Both the position numbers and the translations under genes were made by a program. Under the pieces are notes generated by a model. It had not been told where the DNA came from. It did no database searches and worked only from the letters and a program-made list of their open reading frames with translations. A stretch of DNA of 64,000 nucleotides, taken from contig CAWJRJ010000024.1 in NCBI GenBank assembly GCA_963845245.1, forward strand, positions 108,322-172,321. Direction: 5' to 3'. Of the stretch, positions 47,419 to 58,567 are shown in pieces. Source of the stretch: Nitrospirota bacterium. Its GTDB lineage: Bacteria > Nitrospirota > JACRHJ01. Each line of letters starts with the position of its first letter. The first letter of the stretch is position 1.

Positions 47419-47960
47419 GACCTCATGTACGTTGTCAGGGCTATGGTCAAATTTATTTCGCCTTCATCCTTGCCAGATGAAAGCGACAGGTTATCTATGT
47501 TGAGAAAAAGTGGGGACGTCTCTATATCATAAATGAATTTTCTTACATCACGGTAGTTGCCGGATATTGGCATCGTAAAATCCACTTGTATCAGGTCCCC
47601 TTCCTTTAATTCCTTGGCATCTGTCCCGAAGGAAGCGCTCTTCATGCCGTCTTCTTTGGCTAGCCTGTAAACCTTATCAACCAGGCTTATGTAATCGCCT
47701 CTCTCCGGAAGCATCGTTTTGAACTGGCCAAGTTGTCTCATACCGCTATCGAATGAGCTATAGAGGCCATACTCTCCAGCCTCAGATGCAGTTTTCTTGT
47801 TTAGCTCGGCAAGCCTTTCCTCCAGCCTGCGCACTTTTATTGAGGCTGGGACGGCACGCAGAAAATAATAACCAACATCCGCGACAGCCAAAGAAATAAC
47901 AAACAGGAGTAGCACCTGCGCAAGCCTGCTCTTTTTTATCAGTTCAACTGCCTGGCTCAA
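47415..47960 (-). CDS. PilO/GspM-like protein
   Basis: TM helix, coiled coil, GNYRDVRKFIYDIE. Confidence 0.8.
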   Translation of the reverse strand: MSQAVELIKKSRLAQVLLLFVISLAVADVGYYFLRAVPASIKVRRLEERLAELNKKTASEAGEYGLYSSFDSGMRQLGQFKTMLPERGDYISLVDKVYRLAKEDGMKSASFGTDAKELKEGDLIQVDFTMPISGNYRDVRKFIYDIETSPLFLNIDNLSLSSGKDEGEINLTIALTTYMRS

Positions 47961-48574
47961 CTTCTGCCTCTTTCTTCAGGGTGGGCATGCGTGCCCTCGG
48001 GCTTGTATCTGATCTTGAGGTTGAAGTTCTGCACCGTCTTGCCGATATCCTTGTCAACCATGACTTCAGAGCTATGGAAAACCGGCGGGAGATTATCGAA
48101 GTACGGTGATCTGGTGATCCTGCCCACGAACTCAGTAACCCCTGCCATATCGAGCGCAGTACCTGTAATGTCAACATCCAGATTGCTAGACTCAGTGTCG
48201 AAGTTTGGTTTGATGCTCTCTATGGATACCCCTGGTGGCACAAGCTCCTCAAGGCGGTTAAGGAAAGCCGTCCAAGAGAAAACTCTACGACTTATAGCCA
48301 TGTTTGCAAACTCTGCCTCACGAAGAGACGCCTTCACTTCATTTTCGTGTACCGTCTTTTTTATTTCCTGCAGCCTCGACGAAACCTCTGATTCTTTTTT
48401 TTCATGCAGCTTGACCTCCGAGACAAGCATGTTCTCCCGGACAAGGGCCTTCCTGTAATCATTTATATTATAAGAAAAAATCGCCCCCAGGCAGAAAAGA
48501 AGCAGTATGAGTACTGCGTTGACTTTCCTGGCCAAGACGTATTCGCGGGAAGCGAAGTTTATCCTGATACGCAT
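47957..48574 (-). CDS. PilN/GspL-like protein
   Basis: RINFAS N-terminus, TM helix, FSWTAFLNRLEELVP. Confidence 0.8.
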   Translation of the reverse strand: MRIRINFASREYVLARKVNAVLILLLFCLGAIFSYNINDYRKALVRENMLVSEVKLHEKKESEVSSRLQEIKKTVHENEVKASLREAEFANMAISRRVFSWTAFLNRLEELVPPGVSIESIKPNFDTESSNLDVDITGTALDMAGVTEFVGRITRSPYFDNLPPVFHSSEVMVDKDIGKTVQNFNLKIRYKPEGTHAHPEERGRS

Positions 48575-48577
48575 CCT

Positions 48578-49537
48578 CTAGCCCTCCAGTGCGGCACCGC
48601 AAGCGGCACTGAAGGCCGGGGAAGAATATTCATTACCCCCCCATCTCTCTAGTGCCAGCCCAAGGTCCAGGACTGCCGTCTTTAACGTAGAATTTTTACC
48701 GACCTCATCGGCAATCAGCTTTATCCTGTCTGGATCATCAGCTGTCATATAGACTTTTTCGACCGGTAAATCGCCGTAATTTTCCTTGTAGAACGTAAGG
48801 GAGGCGTTAAGTTCTCTGAGTATCCTGGTCACGGCCATGCCGTTTTCCTCACCATCGAATCCGCCCATATCCTTGAGTCTGAAGAAATGCGGGACTCCCC
48901 GCTCGAATACCATAACTGAAAGCTTGCCGCCTGTCAGCATCATTACAGCGAAACATGATAGGCCCGCCGAGTCTTTTGCGATAAAATCCTCGTAGAGGTT
49001 CCATACGCAAAAAGAGGACAGGTCTATTACTATCGGCTTCAGCCCAGCCTCCCTGAACACAAGTTCGTATTGTGAAAGTATGTCAGATTTTATAATTGAA
49101 ACCAGGAACCGGTGCTGGTCTTTATCATTCGATTTGAATTTGCCCAAATATTGGTAACGCATCGCTGCCTGATCGACGTCAAAGGGCAGGAGTTTCTTGA
49201 CCCGCCACCTCAGCATTTTCTCGACCTCATCTTTTTTGCCCTGGAGCGAGTCAAAATCCAATATGGAGACCCTTGATATGTGGTCCGGGAGCGCCACATT
49301 TACCCCCCTCACCCTCCTGCCTGCCTTTTGAACAAGTCTTTCCACAAGGCCTACAAATGAGGGTATATCCGTAATGTTCGGTTCTGTAAACGAATTAAGC
49401 AGGATCCCCGCTGGTAATTCCACCTGCGAAGCCCAGGCAATACCCGGCCTGCCCCCTGCCCTTTTTAACGATACAGCCCGAAGCACCCTTTGGCCGACCT
49501 CAAGACCCGCTGTCGCCTTGCCGCCGAATAATCCCAT
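48578..49537 (-). CDS. PilM-like actin-fold protein
   Basis: AGLEVG, VALPD, LPFD, GLKPIVIDLS, ACGAALEG. Confidence 0.8.
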   Translation of the reverse strand: MGLFGGKATAGLEVGQRVLRAVSLKRAGGRPGIAWASQVELPAGILLNSFTEPNITDIPSFVGLVERLVQKAGRRVRGVNVALPDHISRVSILDFDSLQGKKDEVEKMLRWRVKKLLPFDVDQAAMRYQYLGKFKSNDKDQHRFLVSIIKSDILSQYELVFREAGLKPIVIDLSSFCVWNLYEDFIAKDSAGLSCFAVMMLTGGKLSVMVFERGVPHFFRLKDMGGFDGEENGMAVTRILRELNASLTFYKENYGDLPVEKVYMTADDPDRIKLIADEVGKNSTLKTAVLDLGLALERWGGNEYSSPAFSAACGAALEG

Positions 49538-49541
49538 CCCT

Positions 49542-51691
49542 TTACTCCACAAATGTAACGCGGTTTATCTCCCGTAGGGTCGTCTCGCCCCTGAATGCCT
49601 TTTCCAAGCGCGGATTTCCTGAGCGTGCTCATACCCTCTTCCCTCGCAATCCTCTTAAGCTCCGAAATGGGTCTTTTATCCAATATCATTTCTTTTATCC
49701 TGTCCGAGAGGTCCAGAAACTCGGTTATGGCCTGCCTGCCTTTGTATCCTGTACCGTTGCACTCGTTGCAGCCCCTGCCCTCGTAGAACACAGTGCCCTT
49801 TTTTATCACCTCGTCATAATCAAGGCCGGAGTCTACTATCAGCTCTCTGGAAACCTTTGCAGGTCTCTTGCAAGACGGGCATATAACCCTGACAAGCCTC
49901 TGGGCGAGGATGCAGTTGAGCGAACTGACGAAATTGTATGGCTCTACCCCCATGTTCGTAAAACGTCCTATGACATCGAAAGCGCTGTTTGCGTGGACGG
50001 TTGTAAACACAAGGTGGCCGGTTAGCGCGGCTGCAACCGCTATCTGCGCCGTCTCCGGGTCTCGTATTTCTCCGACCAGTATCTTGTCCGGGTCATGCCT
50101 CAGGATGGAACGTAGCCCCCTCGCAAATGTCAACCCTTTCTTTTCGTTTACGGGTATCTGCACGACCCCTGGGAGCTGGTACTCCACCGGGTCTTCGATG
50201 GTTATCATCTTGTCCTCGGTCGTGTTTATCTCGCTGATGGCGGCATAGAGCGTGGTCGTCTTGCCGGAGCCGGTAGGCCCGGTTACAAGCACCATCCCGT
50301 AAGGCTCTGAGATTGTTTTCCTGAATTTCTTCAGGTCCTCTTCATTGTAGCCGAGCCGGTCCAGCCTGAGCTCATGAAGGTCAGCTGTTATAGACTCCTT
50401 GTCCAGTATCCTTATTACCACGTCCTCCCCAAATATGGCCGGCATGATCGAGACGCGGAAGTCTATCTTCTTGTCCTTGAACTTTATCTTGAACCTGCCG
50501 TCCTGCGGAATCCGTTTCTCGGCTATGTCAAGCTCGGACATGATCTTGATCCTGGAGATTATAGTGCTGTGGAAACGGGCAGTCTATCGGGTCCATCGCC
50601 TGGTAGAGCACGCCGTCTATCCTGTATTTTACTATTACGTACTTCTCGTCCGACTCTATGTGGATATCGCTGGCGCGCTTCTGGACAGCGGAAAAGAGGA
50701 TGGTGTCCACCAGCTTTATGATCGGGCTTATCTCTTCGCCGAGCCGGTCCATGGAAAGGGTTTCCTCGCCCTCCTCCGTCTCCTTGACCAGATGAAGCTT
50801 AAACTCCTCGGTGACCTCTTTCAAGACCCTCTGGGAGCCCTCGCTCCTCTTCAGGGCGTCGGCAATGCCGCCGTGGGTCGCGACGCAGACATTCAGGGAA
50901 CGGTTAAGGAGAAGCTCCAGCTCGTCCACCATTATGATGTTCGTGGGGTCCGAGACGGCGATGGTCAACCTCCCGCCCTCCTCCTGGTAGGGGACAAACT
51001 GGTAACGGTCCATAAGCTCATACGGTATAGTCTCGAAAAATCGCGGCTCTATTATAAAATTAAAGAGGTTAACGAACTTGACACCGTGCTGGTAGGCCAG
51101 GCTCTTGGCTATCTGTTCCTCGGATATCACGCCCTGTTCAAGTAGCACCTGGCCGATCCTTTTGTCCGTTTTACCAGCCCTTTCGACTGCGTCGTTAATC
51201 TCGGAGGATGTCGCAAAGTTCTTTGATATGAGGATGTCACCCAGCCTTTGTTTGCCTACCATCCTGGCGATGCGCGTAATATCCTGCTGCTCGGCCTCGC
51301 GTTTTTCGTCCCTCTCTGCGAGCACTCTCTTTATGGTGCTCACAAGCCCGGCCCTTTCAAACGGCTTGATTATATATTCGGCAGCGCCCATTTTAATGGA
51401 GTCGGCCGCGGTCGTCTCGCTCCCGCGCCCGGTGAATATTATCACCTCCGTCTCCGGCCGTATCTTTTTTATCTCCTTCAGGACGTCAAGCCCGTTCATC
51501 CCGGGCATCATGTAGTCCATCAGGACCAGGTCCGGCGAGTTTTCAAGGACCTTGTCTATAGCCTCTCTCCCGTTCGAAGCGGAAAGAGTCTGAAAATTTT
51601 CACGTTCGAGTATCTTCGACGTAACGGTGAGGATGTCCCTTTCGTCGTCGACTATCAGTATGGTCGCCTGCATGGCGGCTGCGTTTTCCAT
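49542..51691 (-). CDS. gspE: GspE/PilB ATPase with N-terminal receiver and MshEN domains (two indels)
   Basis: REC (ILIVDDE, LMDYMMP, KPF); RLG/RIG repeats; ASDIHIE, PQDGRF, GPTGSGKTT, TGHLVFTTVH, zinc CxxC pairs; ends EINRVTFVE* at 49542. Confidence 0.92.
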
Positions 51692-51707
51692 TATCAAGCC
51701 CTCAATA

Positions 51708-52921
51708 CTACTTTACGGTACCGGCAATTTCAAATATCGGCAGGTACATCACAATAACAATGCTTCCGACCACGAGCCCCAGGCCAAGCATTATTACCGG
51801 CTCTATGAGGTTTGTCATCCTCTGCACCTTCACCGCAACCTCTTCCTCGTAAAAAGTCGAAATATTGTTAAGCATGGCTCCAGGGCGCCGGTGGCCTCGC
51901 CGACCTCGATCATCCTTATTGTCATGGGCGGCATTATCCCCGTCTCCTCAAGAGCCTTCGCCAGGCTCATCCCCTCACGGACCCTTTCCTGGGTATATTC
52001 AAGGCTTTTGGACACTTCCCGGTTGGTCACGGATTTGGCCACCATCTCAAGGGCCTGAAGCATCGGTATGCCGCCTGCGAGTATCGTCGCCAGCGTCCTC
52101 GTCATGGTACTTATTACGTAGCCCTGTATAACCGTGCCCAGAAGCGGGACTTTCAACAGTTGGGCGTCCACCGTCCTCCTCCCTTTCGGGGTCCTGTACC
52201 ATACCCTGAAGCCGTAAACGGCAATTATCAACACTACAGCTATTACCGGCACATAATCTCTCAGCATCCGGGTTGAATTTATCAGTATCACGGTCGGAAG
52301 CGGTAGTTCGGACCTTGAAATCCGAGTATATTTCGGAAAAGGAAGGTACAACATAGGTCAGGAGGACCACAAGGAGTACTATGGTGAACCCGATAAGGAA
52401 TATAGGATAGGTAACCGCGCTGATTATTTGCCTTTTAATGGCTATCATCTGCCTGAGATAGGCGATGAACCTCTCCAGTATCTCTGCGAGATTACCAGTC
52501 TTCTCGCCGGCCCTCAGGGAGTTCGTATAAAGCTCTGGAAAGAACCTTGGGTGTTTTCCCATTGCGTCGGAAAGGGCCTTGCCGCCCCTCACCTCCGTCT
52601 TGACATCCGTAAGCGCTTCCTTGAAAAACGCGTTCGGCGTCCTTTCCAGCAGGATATCAAGTGATTGGACGATGGGCAGGCCAGCCTTTAAAAGGACCAT
52701 GAGTTCCTGGTTGAAGATTAAGAAATCCTCGCTCTTCAGCTTCTTGGCAACTCCGGCAAATGAGCCCCCGAGGTTGAACGCATGGCGCCTTTTCAATATG
52801 GAGGACAAGATAGCCGCTATCCTCCAGCTCACGGCGCAGAACATCCCCGTTTTCGGCCTCAACCTCTTTGACAAGAAGTTGAGCCGTCTTCCCTGCCGAC
52901 TTTACATACAAAGATTGGCAT
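51708..52921 (-). CDS. gspF: GspF/PilC inner-membrane platform protein (several indels)
   Basis: MPIFVCK start, LKAGLPIVQSL, GEKTGNL, YPIFL, GEATGAL, MYLPIFEIA. Confidence 0.9.
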
Positions 52922-53256
52922 TTCATACCTTTTGAGAGACAGACCTTGATTCCACGGCCTGCTATAGAAAAATTTCTTGTTAGTAATTATATATTATAGA
53001 GTTACTTTTGTACAAGTTAAATCTCGCAAAAATGCGCAGTAGGGATTTTAGTATAAAAATCGATACGTTTTGATGGATTGCCCGCAATACGCATAGCCCG
53101 GATGCGCATTATCAAGCCCGCTAATCGGCAGACTGCCTGAATTCGCGCACCAAGTATAAACGATTGATTTTATTATACTAGGACATCGGATAGGTAACGC
53201 TACACCGTGAGGACGTGATTATGCCTCCTACAGAAGAAAAGGCATAAGAGGCTGGC

Positions 53257-53478
53257 TTAACCTTTCTGTTTCTCTAACACCTGGTTTATCTCGTCTACTA
53301 TGACCTGTGGTTCCAGGTTGTGCATCAGGGAGCCAAAACCTATGGACTCCATGTTTATACCCGGACATGTAAAACATCCGTTCCCGAAATGTTTTTCTAT
53401 TACCTTGCTCACCTCGGGGTTGATCCTTATAGCCTCGCCGATTATTGTGTTTTTATCCACTTTTGTCAATGCTGGCAT
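53257..53478 (-). CDS. DUF1858 small CxxC redox domain protein
   Basis: 73 aa with GCFTCPG..MESI motif; RBS GGAGG. Confidence 0.8.
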   Translation of the reverse strand: MPALTKVDKNTIIGEAIRINPEVSKVIEKHFGNGCFTCPGINMESIGFGSLMHNLEPQVIVDEINQVLEKQKG

Positions 53479-53726
53479 ATTACCTCCAAAACTTTGTTTT
53501 AATGTTTAAATTATACACCACCCTTGGAAAGCTGTCATGACATATATCAGCTTTCTCAAATGAGTTGACATTTTGCCATCCATCAACTATATTTAGTTTT
53601 ACTGTAAACCTTATCGCCTTTCGCTCGTCTATCTGCTTATACAGGGCATTGAGTTTATCTTCCACCAGCCTGAGAATTAACTGCTCAGCTGTACTCATCA
53701 TTGACGAAAGGAGGTAAAACAAGCTT

Positions 53727-54048
53727 ATGAAAAAGATTATCGTTCTGGCTATGGCCGTCGTGATGACTCTTGCCTTTGCTACCCTTGGGTTCTCCCTCAA
53801 GAAGGATATCGAATTCAAGACCGTCGGAGACGAGGGCAAGGTAACCTTCTCCCACGAGATCCACACCGAGAAGAAGGGCATGAAGTGCAACGAGTGCCAC
53901 CCGAAGCTCTTCAAGATGAAGAAGGGCGACGACGTGATCACTATGGCCGCCATAAAGGAAGGCAAGTTCTGCGGCTCCTGCCATGATGGCAAGAAGTCGT
54001 TTGACGCCAATGCCGCTGAGCAACTGCGGAAAGTGCCACAAGAAGTAA
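53727..54048 (+). CDS. Periplasmic c7-type triheme cytochrome (third motif hidden by an indel)
   Basis: Signal peptide, VTFSHEIH, CNECH, ITM, CGSCH; the alternative frame reads NCGKCHKK* with stop at 54048. Confidence 0.88.
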
Positions 54049-54069
54049 TAATACGTCTTTAAAGATCTC

Positions 54070-54102
54070 AACCGGGGCAGGGCAACCTGTCCCGGTTTTT
54101 TT
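54070..54102 (+). terminator. Intrinsic terminator
   Basis: AACCGGGGCAGG-GCAA-CCTGTCCCGGTT followed by a T run. Confidence 0.85.
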
Positions 54103-55413
54103 ATTCCACTATGTCTTCTTTCCTGAAGTTCGCCATAAAGATGTCCACCACGTGCGGGTCGAACTGGATCCCGGCGTTCTTTTTAATCTCTTCCGCGGCT
54201 TCAAGGAAACTCATGGTCGGCTTGTACGAGCATGCGCTTACCAGAGTGTCGAAGACCTCAGCGACGGCTATTATCCTGGCCCCGAGCGGGATGTCCTGAC
54301 CCGACAAGCCCTTTGGATAACCGCTGCCGTCGTAGCGCTCATGGTGACAGAGGACATAGTGCGCCATAGGCTGCCACATGCTTACCGCCTTGATCATATC
54401 AAAACCGAGCGAAGGGTGAAGCTCGAACTTCTTCAGGCCCCAGTATTCGTCCTGGTTGTACTTCAATAGCCCGATGTCGTGCAGCAGCGCCCCGAAGTAT
54501 ATCTTTTTCTGCTCTTCCTCGTTCAGGCCCATCGCCTTTGCCAGTTTCACCGAATATCGGGACACCCTGCGCGCATGCCCTTTCTTTTCCGGTACATGGT
54601 GGTCCATGGCGGCCATGAGGATCTCGGTTATCTGTATGAAATCACTGTGTGAGGCCTCGTAGCTCCTGCTCCTTTGTATGGAAAGGGCGGCGTGGTCGGC
54701 AAGGGAGTATAGAATCTTCTGGTCCTGCTCGGAAAAAAGCTCGCCTTCCTTCTTGTTCAGCACCTCAAGTATCCCGATGTTCCTCCCGTCTATGATAAGC
54801 GGGACGCAAACTACGGACCGGGTCTTAAAGCCGCTTTCACGGTCGTATTCGTCTGAGAACCTGGAGTCTTTGGTCACGTCGTTTACGATGACGGACTTCC
54901 CCTCCCTGGCAACCCAGCCAGTTAAACCCGTGCCGATATTGACTGCCTTCCCCTTGAGCGAAGACGCCTTGCCGGTGACGTAGGCGAAACGCAGTACCCC
55001 TGCCTCGTCATAAAGCAGGATAGAGCTGGCCTCCGCGCTTAAAATCTGCGTGGCGGAGGTCGTGATCGAGTCCATCAGGACATCTACGAAGAGGCCTTCC
55101 CTGAAGTTCTTGGTCAGGTCCAGGAGGCTGTCCATCCTGTGGTTCAGCTTAGTGAGGGTCTTGATCGAGTCGTTGGCGGCTTTGGTGGTCATCGTCAGCC
55201 CAAGCAACGAGAGGACCACGGTAAAACAAGCAGGACGGCTATGATTATCGGTATGAGGTAATGGCCCTTGCTCTCGGCTTCCGGCGCGATGTAGGCCAGG
55301 TATATATAGGTCATTACTGCGATAGGTATGATGGATGCTACGAAATAGGATAACTTGAGCTTGTGCCCGATGCCCAAGGCGTCGTGTGTCTCGTCGGGCT
55401 TTCTTTTCGGCAT
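54101..55413 (-). CDS. Membrane-bound GAF + HD-GYP phosphodiesterase (indel near 55220)
   Basis: ATG 55413 after AAGGAGGT, two TM helices, GAF (FKTRSVVCVPL..EVLNKK), LHDIG, HHERYDGSGYP. Confidence 0.88.
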
Positions 55414-55486
55414 GATACCTCCTTGCACCCATGTAGTCCGTACAAGTGGCATTATTATTTATTTATAGAGGGTTGTCAATGATAAG

Positions 55487-56689
55487 TTATCTGTCGAAGA
55501 GCGCCCTGAAATCAGGGTGTTCCATCACCCCCTTGAAGTCCTCGTCACCGGCAGCCTTCTCAAGCACCGACCTGTCGAGCTGCACGGCCCTCTTCAGGGC
55601 GGCGGCGGACTTTTTGGCTTCTCCCATGCGGGCGAATGCGCACGCCTTGTTGTAGCTCGCCATGACGTTTTTCCTGTCCGCCTTCAGTATCTCCTCGAAA
55701 CATCCCAGGGCCTCGGCGTAAAGCCCAAGCGAGAGCAGGATGCTCCCCTTGTTGTTCAGGGCGTCAAGGTTGCCTTCGTCCAGCTTTAGCACCTTGTTGA
55801 AATCGCTTAGCGCCTCCTCTTCCCGCCCCAGACGGGCAAGCGAGATGCCGCGGTTAAAATATATTATCGGTTCGTCAGGCTGCCTGCTCGGCCTCATAAT
55901 TATAGATGCCTACCGCCTCCTCGTCGCGGCCGAGGTCGCCCAGGATGTTGGCCTTCTCAAGCACAACGCCGGGGAAGTCGGGGTCTAGCTCCAGGGCGCT
56001 GGTCCAGGGCCGATACGGCTTCCTCTCTCCTGCCAAGTTTCTCAAGCGTAAGGGCCATATTATAGAACAGGCCGGGGGACGACTGGGAAATTGCGGCAGC
56101 CCTCTGGAAGAGCCCCAGCGCCTCACCGGGCCTGCCCATCATGTTCAGGCTGCACGCCCTGGCGGACAGGACCACATCGTCGTCCGGCTCCGAGCTTAGC
56201 AGGCCCTTGAATATATCCGCAGCCTCCTGGAACCTTTCCGCCCGGTTCAGGGTCACGCCCTTGTTGTAGAGGGCGTCCTTCATGCCCGGCTCAATCCTTA
56301 GCGCCTCGTCGTAGGCCGCAAGCGCCGCCTCCACCTGCCCGGTCTCGCCCAGCGAGTTGGCCAGGCTCACGTATATCTCGGCCGAGTTCTGGTCGAGCGC
56401 CAGCGCCTCGCGGTAAATCTTCACCGCCCCCTTGTGGTCGCCCATGTGCGCGTGCAGGAGGCCAATGTTATGGTAGACCTCCGGGCGTCTCGCCCTGCAA
56501 CAGCAGCGCCTGCTCATAGAGCGCGACCGCCTTCTGGTATTCCCCAAGCTGGGTGGCGGCCATGGCTGCGATGTTCAGGGACTCCATGTTGTACGGGTCA
56601 CGGGCCAGCGACTTGTCGGCGTATTCAAGGGCCTTACCGTACTCGCCCGCCTCAAAGGCGCGGGATGCCATCTCGCGAAACCGTCCCAT
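55487..56689 (-). CDS. TPR-repeat protein (several indels)
   Basis: Consecutive TPR fragments 56468..56689, 55957..56547, 55875..56126, 55487..55897; ends YNKACAFA...DEDF. Confidence 0.75.
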
Positions 56690-58557
56690 TATTCACCAAC
56701 TCCCACTAACGGAAAATTAATCTCCCCCAGAAACAACCCCTGAAACTCCGGGTGCACCGAAAGCTCGATATGCCGCATCCGGGCGGACATCTCTTTGGCT
56801 TTTTCCCTTTTAGTAACCGACAGGAGCGCGGCCCTTGCGCCTTCTCCCGCCGCGTTGCCTGCGGACACCGCACGCTCTGCGGCCCAGCCCGGAAGCAGCC
56901 CTATGACAGCCGCGCTTTTGGGGTCGATGAAATTCCCGAACGCCCCGGCAAGGTACACCCTGTCCGTCCGCTCAAGCCCGGCCTCGTTTAACAGCACCTT
57001 GACCCCCGCAGACAGCGCGGCCTTCGCAAGCTGGACGGCCCGCACATCTTCCTGGGTAATGGTTATGTCATGCCCGGTCGCCGTCTCCTGCCCCCACGCG
57101 ATGACATACTCCGGCTGTCCACTTTCGTCCAGTCCTGACCCTCGGGCTTGGTGAGTCCGGCACGAACGCGCCCCTGATATCTATTATCCCGGCAAGGTAC
57201 ATCCCGGCGACGGCGTCCACCACCCCCGACCCGCATATGCCCAGTGCGCCCGTGAAACGCGGATGGCGCAGACCAGCCCGGACTGCCTATGACCTTATAA
57301 GACGCCTCAAGCGTCTCGGGGTCTATCATCACCTTCTCTATCGCGCCGATGCCCGCCCTCATGCCGTGCGTAATCTTCGCGCCCTCGAACGCCGGGCCTG
57401 TGGCGCAGGAGGCGCAGAGCAGCCTGCCTTCGTGTGCAACCACTATCTCGCCGTTCGTGCCGATGTCAATTATAAGACTGCTGCCATCCTTGCTCTCCGG
57501 GTCAACCGCGAGGAGCGCCGCAACCGTATCCGCGCCCACGAAACCTCCCGCAAGCGGGAGCGTGACTACATAGCCGCATTCGTTTATGTGCAGGCCGACC
57601 TCCGCCGCACTTAGTTCCAGCGGACGAGTCAGCGCGGGAGTGAACGGATATACCCCGAGCCCCGCAACCGGCAGGCCGAGGGCAAGGTGGTGCATGGTGG
57701 TGTTCCCCACGATCACCGCCTCCATGATATCTTCCTTGACGATACCAGCCGACTTTTGCAAGCTTTTCCACCAGCCCGTTCAGCGCATCGATCACGGCAG
57801 CCTTCAACGATACCGCACCGTCGGGGTTGTCCAGCGCATGGCTTATCCGTGCAATGACATCCCCGCCATACCGGGCCTGCGGGTTCAGCATCGACTCCGC
57901 CGCAACCGTCACGCCCTTCTCAAGCTCCACAAGGTATCCCGCGATCGTGGTCGTGCCTACATCGAACGCGACCCCATACAAAGGCCTCGGAAGGCCGGGA
58001 GCAAGGCCGATCACCTCACGCCCTTTGCGCACCGTCGCCGTGACGTTCCACCCGGCCTCCCGTAACACATGCGGCAGCCTTTTAAGAAGCGGATAGGCTA
58101 CGGACAGACCTTCAAGGCCATGCGTACTTTTAAGCCCTTCAAGAAGGCGCTCGCGGTCCGCCGCTACGTATGACTCGCCGGGGGCTTCAAGCTCGATATG
58201 ATAATTTCTGACAGCCGGGTCGGCCCCTGAGATTTGCACTGTCATGCCTGAAACGGCAGCCGGGTTCGGCATGGCCGCGTTCAGGACCTGCACCGTCATA
58301 TCTTCAGCCGGGACAAGCTCGCATGCCAGCCTGAACCCGTCTGATATGCGCTCAGCGGAAAGAAGCTCCCTCTCGCTGGCCGATAGTGGCGGCGGCGTAC
58401 CGGCGGCCACCTTCACCACGCACTTGCCGCACGTGCCCTGACCTCCGCACTCGGAGTTTATCGCCTCCCCGGCCCTGGCCGCCGCATCGAGGACGGTCTC
58501 TCCTTCATGTACTTTGATTGTTTTACCGGATGGATGGAATGTGATTGTTATAGGCAT
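56689..58557 (-). CDS. ASKHA/DUF4445 [2Fe-2S] protein (RACo/AcsV-type corrinoid activator), split by indels
   Basis: CGGQGTCGKC..RLAC ferredoxin, DVGTTT, GNTTMHHL, DIGTNGE, GPAFEG, QLAKAA, LAGAFG, GNAAGEGA. Confidence 0.88.
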
Positions 58558-58567
58558 GGCAGGCGGG

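Noticed and set aside
52930..53256. c-di-GMP riboswitch or sigma-54 promoter upstream of the T2SS
   Set aside because: No GEMM-like structure recognised; the best GG/GC pair has 11-nt spacing and a poor -24 match.
53533..53542. Palindrome TGTCATGACA between DUF1858 and the c7 cytochrome
   Set aside because: Short, single copy and not assignable to a regulator.
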